This document shows positions 1 to 13,224 of a stretch of 57,033 bases of DNA, in pieces. Positions within the stretch are counted from its first letter, which is position 1. Each line of letters starts with the position of its first letter. The DNA is taken from the NCBI RefSeq assembly GCF_030028105.1, contig NC_092383.1:99161604-99218636 (forward strand). Reading direction: 5' to 3'. Both the position numbers and the translations under genes were made by a program. This DNA is from Mobula birostris. Taxonomy: Eukaryota. The notes under the pieces were generated by a model that was not told the origin of the DNA, did not search any database, and worked only from the letters and a program-made list of their open reading frames with translations.

Positions 1-150
1 TGTGATGGGACAGTGCAGAGGGAGTGTGTGATGGGACAGTGTAGAGGGAGTGTGTGATGGGACAGTGCAGAGGGAGTGTGTGATGGGACAGTGCAGAGGG
101 AGTGTGTGATGGGACGGTGCAGAGGGAACATCACTCTGTGTCTGACCCGT
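1..150 (+). repeat. 26-bp minisatellite (TGTGATGGGACAGTGCAGAGGGAGTG)n ending in CACTCTGTGTCTGACCC; same family as 18875-19210 and 35445-35580
   Basis: About 5 near-identical tandem units read directly. Confidence 0.9.
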
Positions 151-362
151 TTGTGCACTTCTCTTTCTTACTCAGCACCTTTGCCTTCAAATGGAACAGG
201 TGGACGGTGAGCTATCTCAACCTCACCGCCATGCATGATCCAACATGCACAGGGACGTCACGGGACCTGACTAATCAGAATTATGTTGTTTTTCTGTCCA
301 TTTGCCTGTCTGTTTCCTTCTTCCGGTCTCTCCATTTCTTCTCCCACTCAATAATCTGGATA

Positions 363-680
363 GGCTTTTTTCCATTGAGAGTGGGGGAGATTCAAACAAG
401 AGGACATGAGTTGAGAGTTAAAGGGCAAAAGTTTAGGGGTAACATGAGGGGGAACTTCTTTACTCACAGAGTGGTAGCTGTGTGGAACGAGCTTCCAGCA
501 GAAGTGGTTGAGGCAAGTTTGATGTTGTCGTGTAAAGTTAAATTGGGTAGATATATGGACAGGAAGGGAATGGAGGGTTATGGACCGAGTGCAGGTCGGT
601 GGGGCTAGGTGAGAGTAAGAGATCGGCACGGACTAGAAGGGCCGAGATAGCCTGTTTCTGTGCTGTAATTGTTATATGGT
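363..680 (+). mobile_element. CR1 LINE 3' fragment
   Basis: ORF reads TRGHELRVKGQKFRGNMRGNFFTHRVVAVWNELP, the CR1 ORF2 C-terminus, followed by a CR1-type 3' UTR. Confidence 0.85.
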
Positions 681-799
681 TATAATCTCCCTCTCCCCGT
701 TGTCTCGTACTTATCCACCCTTGTCTGTCCTCTTGATTCCACCTCCCAACCTTACCTCTCGTCTGCAAATTCCGCTCTCCCCTGCCTCCCCCTCCTCAA

Positions 800-1660
800 C
801 ACCTTTACGGCCCGTTGATCCTTACCTGACGGGACGAAGAGGAGGAACAGGACGGCTCTCAGCTGGTTCTCCATCCCTGAACAGAAGGGTAAGCGCTTCG
901 GACGGTCGCACTGCAAGTGTGTGGCTGACTGGCGGAGTAAGCGGCCGCCAGGGTTTACCCGTTTGCAACAGAGAGAGCGAGCTAGAGACAGACGGAGACG
1001 GGAAGAAAGTGAGAGAGGCTGACAGAGAGAGAGAGAGGGAGAGAGAGAGAGATATTGCGAGGACGAGAATGAGAGAAATAGAAAGGGGATGGGGTGGAGA
1101 GAGGGAGAGAAGACAGAATAAGAGAAAGGAAGGCGAGAAAGAAAAAGGGAAAGCGAGGAGAAAGAGGAGATGAAACAGAGAGAATGCGAGACAGGTAGTG
1201 GAGACGCTGGACACAGGTAGTTCTCGGATAGCGGGTCCCTGTCCCGGAGGCGATCCGCGGAAGAGGGTGGACGAGGTGTCGGAGCCGGAGCTGAGCGTGG
1301 GACCGATAGTTCCCGGTCGGTCGGTCGGTCGCTGTGTCAGTTGCGCTTGCCACTCAACTTTGGCATCCTTACTCGCCCAACCTGTTCGCCCTGGCCCCAG
1401 GCGATGGGCGGGCCGAGAGTGAGAGGGCAGGGACGGGGAGGTGCTTCACCTGCCACAGCAGGTGTCTGTTAACCCTTTCTCGCACCCGCAGATCCCAATC
1501 CACGTCCATCCCAGCGGAGGTTGGTATGGGAAGGGGTGAGGGACACACAGCCTTGTCTGACACCAGTCTTTCGATCGCGACTTGCACGTTTTCGGGAAGC
1601 CAACATGCGAACCCGCGGGACTTGGGCAGCGTGTCCCACAGCAGAGGCGTCTTCAATCAG
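800..1660. promoter_or_regulatory. CpG-rich island, probable promoter or 5' exons
   Basis: High CpG density relative to flanks; minus-strand donor-like sites near 1372 and 1448; internal GA-rich tract at 970-1190. Confidence 0.6.
826..874 (-). CDS. Putative signal-peptide exon (MENQLRAVLFLLFVPS-G, phase 1) of an unidentified secreted or membrane protein gene running off the left edge
   Basis: GGGATGG Kozak context at 874; hydrophobic core; strong CAG|GTAAGG donor at 826/825; upstream polypyrimidine acceptor at 982/981; lies in a CpG-rich island. No downstream exon identified in the window. Confidence 0.45.
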
Positions 1661-3986
1661 AAGGTATGGTTTAGGGGGCTGGGGTTAAAGTTTTGGAATG
1701 GGTACGGGGGGAATGTTTAAAAAGACTGGTAATTGAATTTATTATTGTCACATGTACCTAGATACCCTGATCCAGGATATCTTAGCTCCATCATGGGCAC
1801 TAGCCTCCGTAGTATCTAAGACCAGGCGGAGCGACGCCTCAGAAAGACGCCGTCTTTTAGGGACCCCCACCACCCAGGACATGCCCTCTTCTCATTGCTG
1901 TCATCAAGGAGGAAGTACATGAGCCTGAAGACACACTTAACCTTCTTCCCCTCCCCCATCAGAGTTCTGAATGGCCTTACGTAGGCTACACTAGACTACG
2001 TAAGACAACACAAAACTACACTAGACTACAGACCTACACAGGACTACATAAAGTGCACAAAACAGTGCAGAGCAGTGCAATAAATAATAAACAAGACAAT
2101 AGGCACAGTAGAGGACAAATTACAATATAATAATAAATGATGTAGATGTCAGTCTAGACTCTGGGTAATAAAGAGTCTGATGGCTTGGGGGAAGAAACTG
2201 TTGCACAGTCTGGTGCACCAGAGTGTAACAGACAGCGAGAAAGTGCAGTGCAGATAAACTAAAAGGTGCAAGATCATAACAAGATGGATTGGAAGCTGGA
2301 ACGCACTGCCTGAGGGGGTCTGATGGTGAGAACAGAGACTCTCACAACGCCGGAGTGTCTGGACCAGCGTGTGAATTACCAAAGTAAGAAGGTACGGACC
2401 GAGTGCTGGGAAAAGGGATTAGGAAAGATGGGGACAGCGGCCAGCATGGACACGACTGGCCAAAGGGCCGGTTTCTTTGCTGTAGATTGCTCGGTGGCTT
2501 CCCATCCTGGCTATGAGGCTGTGGGTGTCTTCTGCAATCCTCCCGGAGCTGTGGCACGATGCGGAGGACTGGGCCATGCCCACAGGGTTCCGGTGCTGAG
2601 GACCTCCACCCTGCTGCCTGTCGTTCCACTCGGAGGAAGGAACAGGACGAAAAGTCTCCAACTCTGGGGTTGGATGGGAGTGCCAGTCGAGGAAAGGTAG
2701 AGAGAAACTGCGGCTTGGACTGGCTGGGGGCGCGGACACACAGAGGCTGGAGTCACCAACTGCTGGGGAAACTCAGCGTCGTTTCGGGTCGACACCCTTG
2801 GTCGGGACTGGGACCGGGAAGCTCACTTTAGCGATGTATCGGGATTAGGATGGGCTGGGAAAGGGAAAGCCAGGTGTCACTGCAGGGGCAGTAGCAAATG
2901 GTCTGCCACCTTCCTAGTGGAAGGGCTCCACTGTCGGAGAAGGACTGCCTTGGCACTGGGTCACACTGTGACAATTTCTCCCTCATCAGAAGGAGATCCT
3001 CGCTGTACGGGGAGTTCGGCAAAGGTTCACCGGACCAGCCCCTCCTACGGCAGAAATGACGCGTGGAGATTTGAAGACCTGGATTTGTTTACACTTCCGG
3101 TTGCCGGGGCAAAGCAGCCAGCATAATCAAATACCCCACCCATCCCAGGCATTCTCTTTTCCCAACCCACAACCACCACCAAAAGACTGGTAGTATCCAT
3201 GGGTTCAATGGCCGTTCAGAACTCTGATGGGGGAGGGGAAGAAGGTGTTTCTGAAATGTTAAGTGGGCCTTCAGGCTGCTGTACCTCCTCCCTGATGGTA
3301 GCAATGAGAAGAGGGCATGTCCTGGACCCTCAGGTCCTTAAAAGACGCCGTCTTTCTGAGGCATCGCTCCTTGAAGACGTCCTAGGAACTACGGAGGTTA
3401 GTGCCCATGATGGAGCCCAATCAAGCAGAAGATACAAAGGTTTGAAAACAGGTGCCACCACTATGTTGAAGGATCTACTGCACCTTCTCTGTAACTGTAA
3501 CTCTTTATTCTGCACTGTGTTAACATTTTCCTGGTACCACCTGAAGCACTGATGCAATGAACCTGTTTGGAATGTGTGTAAAACAGTTTTTCACCGTGTC
3601 TCGGTACATGTGACAATAATATATAGATCTGCCAATTTACCCACTAGAGTTTAAACATACAGAATGCACGATGTACCAAATTCTGCCTTGCTGATTGGAT
3701 GTGGAAAAAATGGATATTCCTTACGGCCACTAGGTGTTGGAGCAGGTTCAGTAACCATAAGGGAAAAGCTGTTTAAGCCCGAGTCTAGAGGAATTTCCTT
3801 CCCAGAGCAAGTGGCCTTGATCATTGGAAGAGGTTGATGATATGTGCATTCTAGGAGTGAAACCTTGTTCTTCGGGGGGGGGGAGGGGTGCAAGGGATAT
3901 GAGGAGAAAGCAGGAACTATGATCAGGTTGAATGGGGAGCAGGTTTAGTTATTTAGCAATACCACACAGAGCTGGTTCTTCTGACT

Positions 3987-5039
3987 TGTCATGGTCCGGT
4001 CAGTGAAGTCCACATTCCGGTCCATCGATCCTTATTCCAGGTTTTCCGGTTTTCCCTTGTCCTGTTGTGTGCCTTAATTCAGGGACATGATTCTCCTTTT
4101 GGGCTGGCTACATAAACAGCTCCTGGGTTCAGCTTCAGTTGTTGGACTGCTCCCTCCCCTTCCCCTCCCTTCTGAAGCCTCACCTGCTACCTTCGCCTGT
4201 GTCCTCACCTGTAATGCCATCAGGTTCAACCGCCAGGGCACGATCAGGGCCTTGCTGTGTCTAGATAAGGAACTGTCTTTCATTGTTTGGAACTGTCCCT
4301 TTGTGTCCTCGCCTTCTCCAGGTAGGTCCGGGGCGTTTGCCACTACCTTGTGTTGGAAACCATCTCTTTATGCCCTCGCCTCTGCTGGGTAGGTCCGGCC
4401 GTTTGCCGCTACCTTGAGTGGAGATCAGTCTCTCAGTGTTCTGTGTATGAGTCCCGGCCCTACGTCCTGCTCCCTAGGAAGGGTCCTGATTCTGTGTAGA
4501 GCCCCGGCCCCAAGTCCTGTTCCCAAGGAGGGGTCCCGGCTCTATGTTGCATGTTCCTGTTCTCTCACGACCAAGGTTCTGCGCTCCTGTCTCCCTCAAC
4601 CAAGTCAAGACTCTGCATTCCTGTCTCCCTCGACCAAGTCAAGGCTTTGTGTTCTCGTCCTGTCCAAGTGCCTCGCCCTACCTGGTGCTGGGGTTCCCTT
4701 GTCCTGTCCAGGAGTCTCACGTCCAGTCCTGTGCCATTCCTCATCCTGTAGCCACGTCTTGTCCTCGCCTGGTTCTGGGGTCCGAGCCCGAGTCAAGACC
4801 CAGGTTCCAGGTCCCTGTCCAGTCTCTGGCTCGGAGTCCTTGTCCAGGTTCCAAGTTCCTAATTCCATGTCCAGGTCCCACTTTCCTAGTCTAGTCCTAG
4901 CCCAGGCCCTGTATCCCAGTGTCGTCCAGGGCCCGTGTTAATGTCCAGCATAGTTTCTTCCCCATTTCCCTTGCTTTCTTGACAAACCTAGACCTGTTCC
5001 TTGTACCTCAGTGTCTGTGTCTTGCCCCCGCTTATGACA
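3987..5039 (+). mobile_element. Solo LTR-like element (copy A), inserted into a SINE
   Basis: Termini TGTCAT...ATGACA; 4-bp target-site duplication (TSD) GACT at 3983-3986 and 5040-5043; ends homologous to the reverse complement of 11087-12241. Confidence 0.85.
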
Positions 5040-5290
5040 GACTCTTCAAGCCAAGCCGCCCCAGCAACCCCACAACCCCAATTAACCCTAACCTAATGAC
5101 GGAACAATTTACAATGACCAACTACCAACCCAATCAACACAGTCTTTGGACTGTGGGAGGAAACCGGAGCACATGGGAAACCCAAGCATTCCACGGGGAG
5201 GACGTATAAGCTCCTTACAGAGGGCACTGGAATTGAACCCTGAACCCTGGAATGTCCAGAGCTGTAATACCTACACTACCGTGGTACCTA
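5040..5290 (-). mobile_element. SINE (V-SINE/HE1-like), interrupted by LTR copy A; related copies near 25790-26070, 28390-28540, 33400-33590 and 48730-48870
   Basis: Shared core GTCTTTGGACTGTGGGAGGAAACCGGAGCAC recurring in the window. Confidence 0.65.
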
Positions 5291-5299
5291 AAAGTCAGA

Positions 5300-6870
5300 T
5301 GTTCCCATTCAGAATCAGGGTTAATATCACCAGCATATGTCGTAAAATTTGTTGACTTTGCAGCAGCAGTACAATGTAATACATAATATAGAGAGAAAAA
5401 ACTAAATTACACCATATGTAATAGTAGTGCAAAAATAGAAATTAAAAACTCATGAGGTGGTGTTCCTGGGTTCATTGTCCATTCAGAAATTGGATGACAA
5501 AAAGAAGCTGTTCCTGAATCGCTGAGTGTATGCCTTTACACTTCCTGATGGTAGCAGTAAGAACAGGGTACGACTCTGGTGATGCTGGTCCTTAATGTTG
5601 GACGCCACCTTTTCGAGGCACTGCTCCTGGATACTAGAGGTGAGTGCTCATGAAGGAGCTGACTAAGTTTACAAGTCTTTGCAGCTTACTTCGATCCTAT
5701 GCATTACACCACTTCCACCTGCCCATCAAACGGTGATGCAGCCAGTTAGAATGCTCTCCACATTACATCTGTAGAAATTTTCGAGTACTTTTGGTGACAT
5801 ACCAAATCTTCTCAAACTCCTGATGAAATATAGCTACTGTCATGCCTTCTTTGTAGCTTCATCGTTGTGTCGGGTCCATCTTAGACCCTCTGAGATATTG
5901 ACACACAGGAACTTAACCACCTCACTCTTTCCACCTCTGACCCCTCTATGAGGACTGGTGTGTGTTCCCTTATCTTACCCTTTCTGAAGTCCACAATCAA
6001 TTCCTTGGTGTTACTGACATTGAATGCAAGGTTGTTGCTGCGACACCACTCAATCAGCTGATAAATCTCACTCCCGCAAGCCCTCGCGTCACCATTTGTG
6101 ATTCTGCCAACAATGGTTATATTGTCAGCAAATTTATAGATGGTATTTGAGCTATGCCTAGCCACACAGTCATGGGTGTAGAGAGGGTAAAGAAGTGGGC
6201 TAAGCACACACCCCTAAGGTGCGCCAGTGTACAGTGTCAGCCAGGAGGAGATATTACTACCCATCCACACAGATAGTGGTCTTCCAGTTAAAAAGTTGAG
6301 GACTGAGGAGAGAGGTACAGAGGTTCTGATTCTGGAACTTCTTAATCAGAACTGTTAAATGCTGAGCTGTGGTCAATAAATAGCATCCTGACATAGGTAT
6401 TTGTATTGTCCCAATCCAAGGCCAAGTGAAAAGCCAATGAGTTTGTGTCTGCAGTAGACCTATTGTGGTGATAGACAAATTACGGGTATGTCCAGGTCCC
6501 TGCTGAGACCGGAGTTAATTCTAGCCATATCCAACCTCTCAAAGCACTTTGTGAGTGCTACTGGACAATAGTCATTAAGGCAGCTCTCACTGCTCTTCTT
6601 GGGCACTGGTATAATTGTTGTCCTTTTGAAGCAAATAGGAACTTCTGATTGTAGCAGTGGGAGATTGAAAATGTCTTTGAATACTCCTGCTCGTTGGCTG
6701 GTACAGGTTTTCAGAGCCTTACCAGCAGAATCCATTAGGGCTCCTCACCTTGTGAGGATACATCCTCTTGAAAGACAGCCAGACAGTGGTCTCTGAGACA
6801 GAGATCACAGAATCACCAGGTGCTGCAGGGATCCTCATAGCCAAAGTTTTCTCCTCTCTTTCAAAGCAAG
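5300..6870 (-). mobile_element. Rex1/Babar-like LINE, decayed reverse transcriptase (RT) region and 3' end
   Basis: Fragments FKRTTIIPVPKK, LSPLLYPLYTHDC, KFADNITIVG, TKELIVDFRK; multiple frameshifts. Confidence 0.85.
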
Positions 6871-7399
6871 CAGACATTTGTAACAAAATAGTGCCTCTTC
6901 AGGGAGAAAATCCACACTGAAATGTAGGGAGTCACTTAGGAGGAGGAGCTGGTGGTAACGGAGACACCTCTTTTTCCCTTATTAGGGACAGAGAGAGCCT
7001 GTGGAATGTCGAATTACCGGGTAAATGAGTAGTCTTTGGGGTACTGCAAGTCTGTGTTTTTATTGATGTTTTGCTGCACCCTTGAGTGCTTGGTGGGGGG
7101 CGTGATACTTTTTTTGCTGGTGGGGGAGGGGGATCGTTGCTTTGCTGCTACTTACAAGTGGGAGGGAGAGCTGGGGCGACTTTGGGGTTCTAACATTTAA
7201 CCGTCATTCATTCTTTGGGGTACTCCTCTGTTTTCGTGGATGGTTGCCAAGAAAACAAATTTCAGGATGTATATTGTATACATTTTTCTGACCTTAAATG
7301 TACTTTTGAAACCTTTCTCAAGGTAGACAGCAGAAAGGCTCCTCTGCTGATACCTCCATGACCAAGGTTACCCTGATGTCAGTTGTCCAGTTGCAGTGT

Positions 7400-8200
7400 G
7401 TAGTCACTGCTGGGCTTCAAGATCAGGAGCTTATTCAGTGAAGTGCAACAGAGTGGGCTCACTAACAATATTCAGCAACTTGTCACCACTATACATCAGG
7501 TCTAAGGTGAGACCCTGGGAAATGGACTACTTCTTAGGAGCTACCTCTTGTTGAAGGAGAACATTGATGGTGACTGTCATCATCACCTTCAGTTGATCAT
7601 GGAAAAGGGTGAAGACCTCTTTAGACAAGACATGGTCTAGTGGGCAACCCTGTCTCAGCAAGGGCCTGGACCCACTGCAATTTGGACCATCTACAGCAAG
7701 CTCCTCAAGGTATTGGAGGGATACAACATCAGCACTGTCCCCGCAAACCCTCCCAATCCACTGGAAGGATCAGTCAACCAGTATCGGTGACCTCTCCCAG
7801 CCCAACATCCCCAGCATGGAGGCCTCAGTCACACCCTGTCCATTGGATAGACCACGTCATTTCCAAGCTCAATACCAGACTCCCACACCTCACAGTCTGT
7901 TCCCAGATCCATCATGGGAAGAGATCACCAGGCTGACAGAGGGAACAACTCAAAGATGTGCTTAAAGTCTCTGTGAAGGGACACAACATTCCCACTGAAC
8001 CCTGGGAATCTCCAGCCCATGACTGTTCCATGTATAGAGGGAGTGTCTGAGACAGAACTGGGATTCTGGAACTGTGGATCGGTAGCACACAAGAGTGAGC
8101 AGCGGGAGGAGCCATTACCTCACAAATTCCTCACCCACCACCTGTCCCATCTGGGAAGGGTCTTTGGATCCCACACTGACTTCACTAAGACCTGTGTGGA
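7400..8200 (+). mobile_element. Highly decayed RTE-like LINE 3' fragment
   Basis: Patchy similarity to the RTE ORF C-terminal region; no intact ORF. Confidence 0.4.
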
Positions 8201-8219
8201 TGAGCAGGTGCCTACAAAA

Positions 8220-10032
8220 ACTTACCGTATTATACATTCCTAAACCAAAAGGCGTGGCTGAACCAGGAGGTTCACAGTCTGCTGAGGGCTAGACCTGTGG
8301 CATTTAAGTCTGGTGACCGAGGTCTGTCCAACAAAATCAGGAGGGCTATTTCAAGAGCAAAGAAACAATTCCAAGAGAGATTGGAGGAGACACTGGCTGC
8401 ACGTCAACTCTGGCAGGGTTTGCAAGACATTATTTCCTACAAAGTGAAACCCAACATCATGAGTGGCAGCAATGCTTCACTACCAGATGAACTCAAAGCC
8501 TACTCTGCTTATTTTGAAAGGGAGAATAAACATACATCTGTGAGGATCCCTGCAACATTTGATGACTCTATCTCAGAGGCCGATGTCAAGCAGTCTTTCA
8601 AGAGGGTGAATCCTTGCAAGGTGACAGGGCCTGATGAAGTACCTGGTAAGACTCTGAAGCCTGTGCCAACCAACTAGTGGGGGTATTCAAAGACATTTTA
8701 AATGTCTCACTGCTACATTCAGAAGTTCCCACCTGCTTCAAAAGGGCAACGATTATAACAGTGCCCAAGAAAAGCTGTCTTAACGACCATTGTCCAGTAG
8801 TGCTCACATCCTTGGCAACAAAATACTCTGAGAGTTTGGTCAAGTCTAGGATCAACACCTGTCTCAAGAAGGACCTAGACCCACTTCAATTTGCCTATTG
8901 CCACAAAAGGTCTACAGCAGATACATTCTGGATGGTTCTTCACGTGGCCTTGGATCACCTGGACAATGCAAATACTTATGTCAGGATGCTGTTTACAGTA
9001 TTGAATATAGCTCAGCGTTTAACACCATGATTCCTACAGTCCTGATTGAAAAGTCTCTCTACCTCCCCTCCGCAAATGAATCCTCACTTACTAACTGGAA
9101 GACCAACACTGCTCTGCTCTACTCTCGCTATATCAATGACTGGATGTGTCGTTAGGCATAGCTATACATTTGCTGATGACATAACCATTGCTGGCAGAAT
9201 TTCGGATGCTGATGAAAGTGCATACAGCAGTGGGATATACCTAGTTGAGTGGTGTCACAGCAAAAACCTTGCACTCAACGTCAGAAAGACCAAACAGCTG
9301 ATTGTGGACTTCAGAAAGGGTAAGATGAGGGAACACAAACCATCTTCATAGAGGGATCAGAAGTGGAGAGAGTGAGCAGTTTCAAGTTCCTGGGTGTGAA
9401 TATCGCTGAGGACCTAACCTGGACGCAACATATTGATGCAGCTATAAAGGCAAAACAGCAGCTATATTTCATTAGCGTCTGAGGTGACGTGGTTTGTCTT
9501 TGAAAACACTCAAAAACTTCTACAAATGTACCATGGACAGCATTCTGACTGGCTGCATCACTGTCTGGTATGGGAGGTGAGGCTACTGCATAAAATCAAA
9601 GTAAGTTGCAGAAACTTGTAAAGTTAGTCAGCTCTATCAAGGGTATCAGCCTCCGTAGTATCCAAGACACCTTTAAGGAGTGGTGCCCATCATTAAGGAT
9701 CCCCACCACCCAGGATATGCCTCTTCTCAATGTTATCGTCAGAAAGGAGGTTCAGAAGCCCGAAAGCAGACACTCAGTGATTCAGAAACAGCTTATTCCC
9801 CTCTGCCATCCAATTGCTAAATGGACATTGAACCCATGAACACTACCTCTCTATTTTTATTTCAGTATTTTTTGCACTACTCATTTTAACTATTTAATGG
9901 GCATATACATACTTATTGTAATTCAGTGTTTTTTCCTGTATATTTATCATGTATTTCATTGTACTGCTGCTGTAAAGTTCACAAATTTCACGACATATGC
10001 TGGTGATATTAAATCTGATTCTGAATCTGATT
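8220..10032 (+). mobile_element. Rex1/Babar-like LINE, decayed, with (ATTCTG)n-type tail
   Basis: VFKDILNVSL, LDPLQFAY, TFADDITIAG, TKQLIVDFRK; tail AAATCTGATTCTGAATCTGATT. Confidence 0.85.
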
Positions 10033-10854
10033 CATCAGTCACCTCAGGGCCCATAGAATTAGAAGGAAAAGGTCACTCTCATTCCTGAGAAAGAGAAAAG
10101 ATCAGGGATGAGACACCAAAGCTGTGTCCCACACCAGTTACACCCCAGCCTGACCACATTCCAGAAGAACTGTAGTTCCACTGGAGAGGAGTCGTCGATT
10201 TACAAGGACATTGGTGTGTCTGGAACACTGTCACTGTGAGGAGAGACGGGAACGGGAGAAGCTGAGGATGTTTCCTGTTAAACACAGGAGGCAGCAAGGA
10301 GATCATGGAGGGATGTGAAATGGTGAATGGTCTGGCCAAAGCAAATAGGAAGGAGCAAGTGCCCTGAGACCAGATGCAGAGGTTTACAGGAACAGGGACC
10401 TGGATAGAGGGGAGAGGAGGGAAGGCATTTCCCCAGATAGTGGGAGTCTGGAACGTTGCCTGACAGGAGAGACAGAGACCCTCCCCACAGTGGGTGATGT
10501 GCCATGACCCACAGTGGTACAGACCCAGTGTGGGAGGGTGTAGCTGCAGGGGGTACAGTATGAACTGGTTACATTGAAAGGCTACTCCTGTATTGTGAAC
10601 TTTCTGAGATTTTAGGATTCCCACTCTTCTTCTCACTCTGTCTTTTTAAAACTCTCTCACCCTCTGTCTCTCTCCCACCTCCTTCTCACTCTCCCTTCCC
10701 TTCACTCTCTGGCTTCGGCCTCACTTGCTCTTTCCATCCATTTGTCATTCTACCTCATTTATCTCTCTCTCCCCATCTCTTTCTCTTTCTCTCTCCCACT
10801 CTGTCCATTCCCCTGCCCTCTCCCTTAAAGTTATTTGGTGAAGTGGGGAAATAG

Positions 10855-11086
10855 CCAACAAAAGAGGACATGGCTTTAAGCTAAGGGGTGGGAAGTTCAA
10901 AGGGGATATTAGAGGAAGGTTTTTTACTCAAAGAGTGGTTGGTGCGTGGAATGCACTGCCTGAGTCAGTGGTGGAGGCAGATACACTAGTGAAGTTTAAG
11001 AGACTTCTAGACAGGTATATGGAGGAATTTAAGGTGGGGGCTTATATGGGAGGCAGGGTTTGAGGGTCGGCACAACATTGTGGGCC
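10855..11086 (+). mobile_element. CR1 LINE 3' fragment (continues 12242-12280 after an LTR insertion)
   Basis: RGHGFKLRGGKFKGDIRGRFFTQRVVGAWNALP; 3' UTR split at GGGCC. Confidence 0.85.
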
Positions 11087-12241
11087 TGTCATAAGGAGGT
11101 GGCTGGGAACGGACCCAAGTGCAAGACACAGACACTGAAGGACTAGGGACAGGACTAGGATACAGGGTGAGAGCAAGGACATGGACACAAAAATCAGGAA
11201 CCCGGAACAGGACTGGACAAGAGCTAGGAGCCCGGGCTTGGACTCCGAGCCAGAGACTGGACAAGGACCCAGTACCTGGGTCTTGCCTCTGGCTCAGACC
11301 CCTCAACTGGGCAAGGACGAGGCCTGGTTGGCAGGCAGGACGAGGCTGGAGTCTTAGAGACTTGAGGCAAGGCTTGGCAGGCGGCTGAAATCTTCAGGCT
11401 TGAGGCTAGAGGCTAGAGACTTGAGGCAAGGCTTGGCAGGAGGCAGAAGGCTGGAGTCTCCAGGCTTGAGGCTAGGCAGGAGGCTGGAGTCTCCAGGCTA
11501 GAAGCTAGAGACTTGGCTTGGCAGGAGGCAGGAGGCTGGAGACTTGAGGCCAGGCTTGGCAGGAGGCAGGAGGCTGGAGACTTGAGGCCAGGCTTGGCAG
11601 GAGGCAGGAGGCTAGAGACTCCTCCTGGGCAGGGTGCGGATCACCACCCGACAGAGGCAAGGGACAGGAAGAGACAGAACCAACCGCAGGTAACGGCAAG
11701 GCAGCCTGGCTTACCTGACAGAGGCAAGGGTTAGGAAGGGACAGAACCAACAGTAGGTAATGGCAATACGGCCTGGCTTACCCGACAGAGGCAAGGGACA
11801 GAACCAACCGCAGGTAACGGCAAGATGGCCTGGCTTACCCGATGGAGGCAAGGGGCAAGAAGGGAGCTAGGTACAAGGTGGCTCCAGGACAAGACTGCAG
11901 GCGAGACGAGGCGAGAGATACCAGCAAGACCAGGCAAGGCTTCAGGCAATGCAAGGCGAAACGAGAACTTCAGGCGAGGCGAGAGTTACTGGCAAAACAA
12001 GGCAAGGCTTCAGGCAAGGAAACAGAAGGCAGAGGAAGGCATACAAGGAGTAAGGACAAGACCAATCCAGCAGCCATGCCCTGGTCTCTGAAGGTATTTA
12101 TGCAGCCAGCCCCAACGAGCATCAGCTGGCTCAATTAGAGCTCAACAAGGACAGAAACAGGGTAGACAGGAAAACCTGGAGCAAAGGTCGATGGACCGGA
12201 CCGTGAACTAGAATACGGACTTCATGGACTGGACCATGACA
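11087..12241 (-). mobile_element. Solo LTR-like element (copy B) with internal tandem expansions
   Basis: TGTCAT...ATGACA termini; 5-bp TSD GGGCC at 11082-11086 and 12242-12246; same family as 3987-5039 in opposite orientation. Confidence 0.85.
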
Positions 12242-12894
12242 GGGCCAAAGGGCCTGTACTGTGCTGTACTATTCTATGTTAATTCAAATAAACTTTTGTT
12301 TTTTGTAAGATTTGAAGTGAAAATTGAAGAAGCAAAAAAACTCTCAGAAATTGAGGAAGTATCAATAGAATTACAGAGGTTCAACGAATATCTTACGCCT
12401 GCCTTTCACACAGGGGGACACAGAAAACCTCCCAGAAACAATGCAGTCCACTGGATTGAGAGTGAGTGAGCAGTGGAAATTATTGATAGGATAACATTTA
12501 TTGCTGGTGAAATGAGTGAGAATGGAAGGCAATAAGCTGCAGGACTAGATGGCATGCAGCCCAGGATTTGAAGGAGGGAGGGGATGGAAAGCAGCAAAGC
12601 AGGGATCAGTTGCAGTGAAAAGGCTAGAAAGTGGCAAGTTGGAATGGGACAGGGCAGAGCCAGTGCAGAATGATCAAAGGGAAATCACAGCTGGCCAACT
12701 CTCTGCCGATTGCTCAGGTTGTAACCATTAACAGATAAGGCTGATGTGGTGTGTTTGAACTTTTGGCATTTTTTTGATAAGGTGCAGGCAATGACAATTA
12801 AACAAAAGTTCAACACAGGGTATTGACGGCAATAGACCAGTGTGGACCTTGGACTGCCGAAGAGACAGGAAACAGCAGTAATAAACTTCATACA

Positions 12895-13130
12895 CTAAAT
12901 GATGGAAGAACTCAGCAGGTCAGGCAGCATCTATCGAAATGAATAAACAGTTGACACTTCGGGCCAAGACTCTTCTTCAGGACTGGAAACGAAGGGTCTC
13001 AGCATGCAATGAAATGCCGTCTGTTTATTCCTCTCCATAGATGCTGCCTGACCTGCTGAATTCCTCCAGCATTTTTTGTATGTTGTTTTGGATTCAGGAG
13101 AGACTTAGCATCTGCAGATCTCTCCTGTTC
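12895..13130. mobile_element. Palindromic Penelope-derived short element with a degenerate hammerhead motif
   Basis: Inverted arms CTCAGCAGGTCAGGCAGCATCTAT...ATAGATGCTGCCTGACCTGCTGAA; same sequence as the Penelope terminus at 16680-16800. Confidence 0.7.
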
Positions 13131-13224
13131 AGGAATAATCATATCCAGACTGGGACCAGCCACAGGAATAAGTTCCAGGGTCCGGCTCTTCACTGTCTAC
13201 GTTACTGAAGCCCAACCATCTCGT

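Noticed and set aside
826-874. Naming the leader exon NECTIN4, F11R or an Ig V leader
   Set aside because: Sixteen residues of signal peptide cannot identify a gene; no V exon or RSS follows within the window
3987-12241. Large palindrome or composite transposon (LTR, Rex, spacer, Rex, LTR mirror arrangement)
   Set aside because: Each LTR has its own TSD in a different host element and the Rex copies are diverged with different ends, so these are independent insertions
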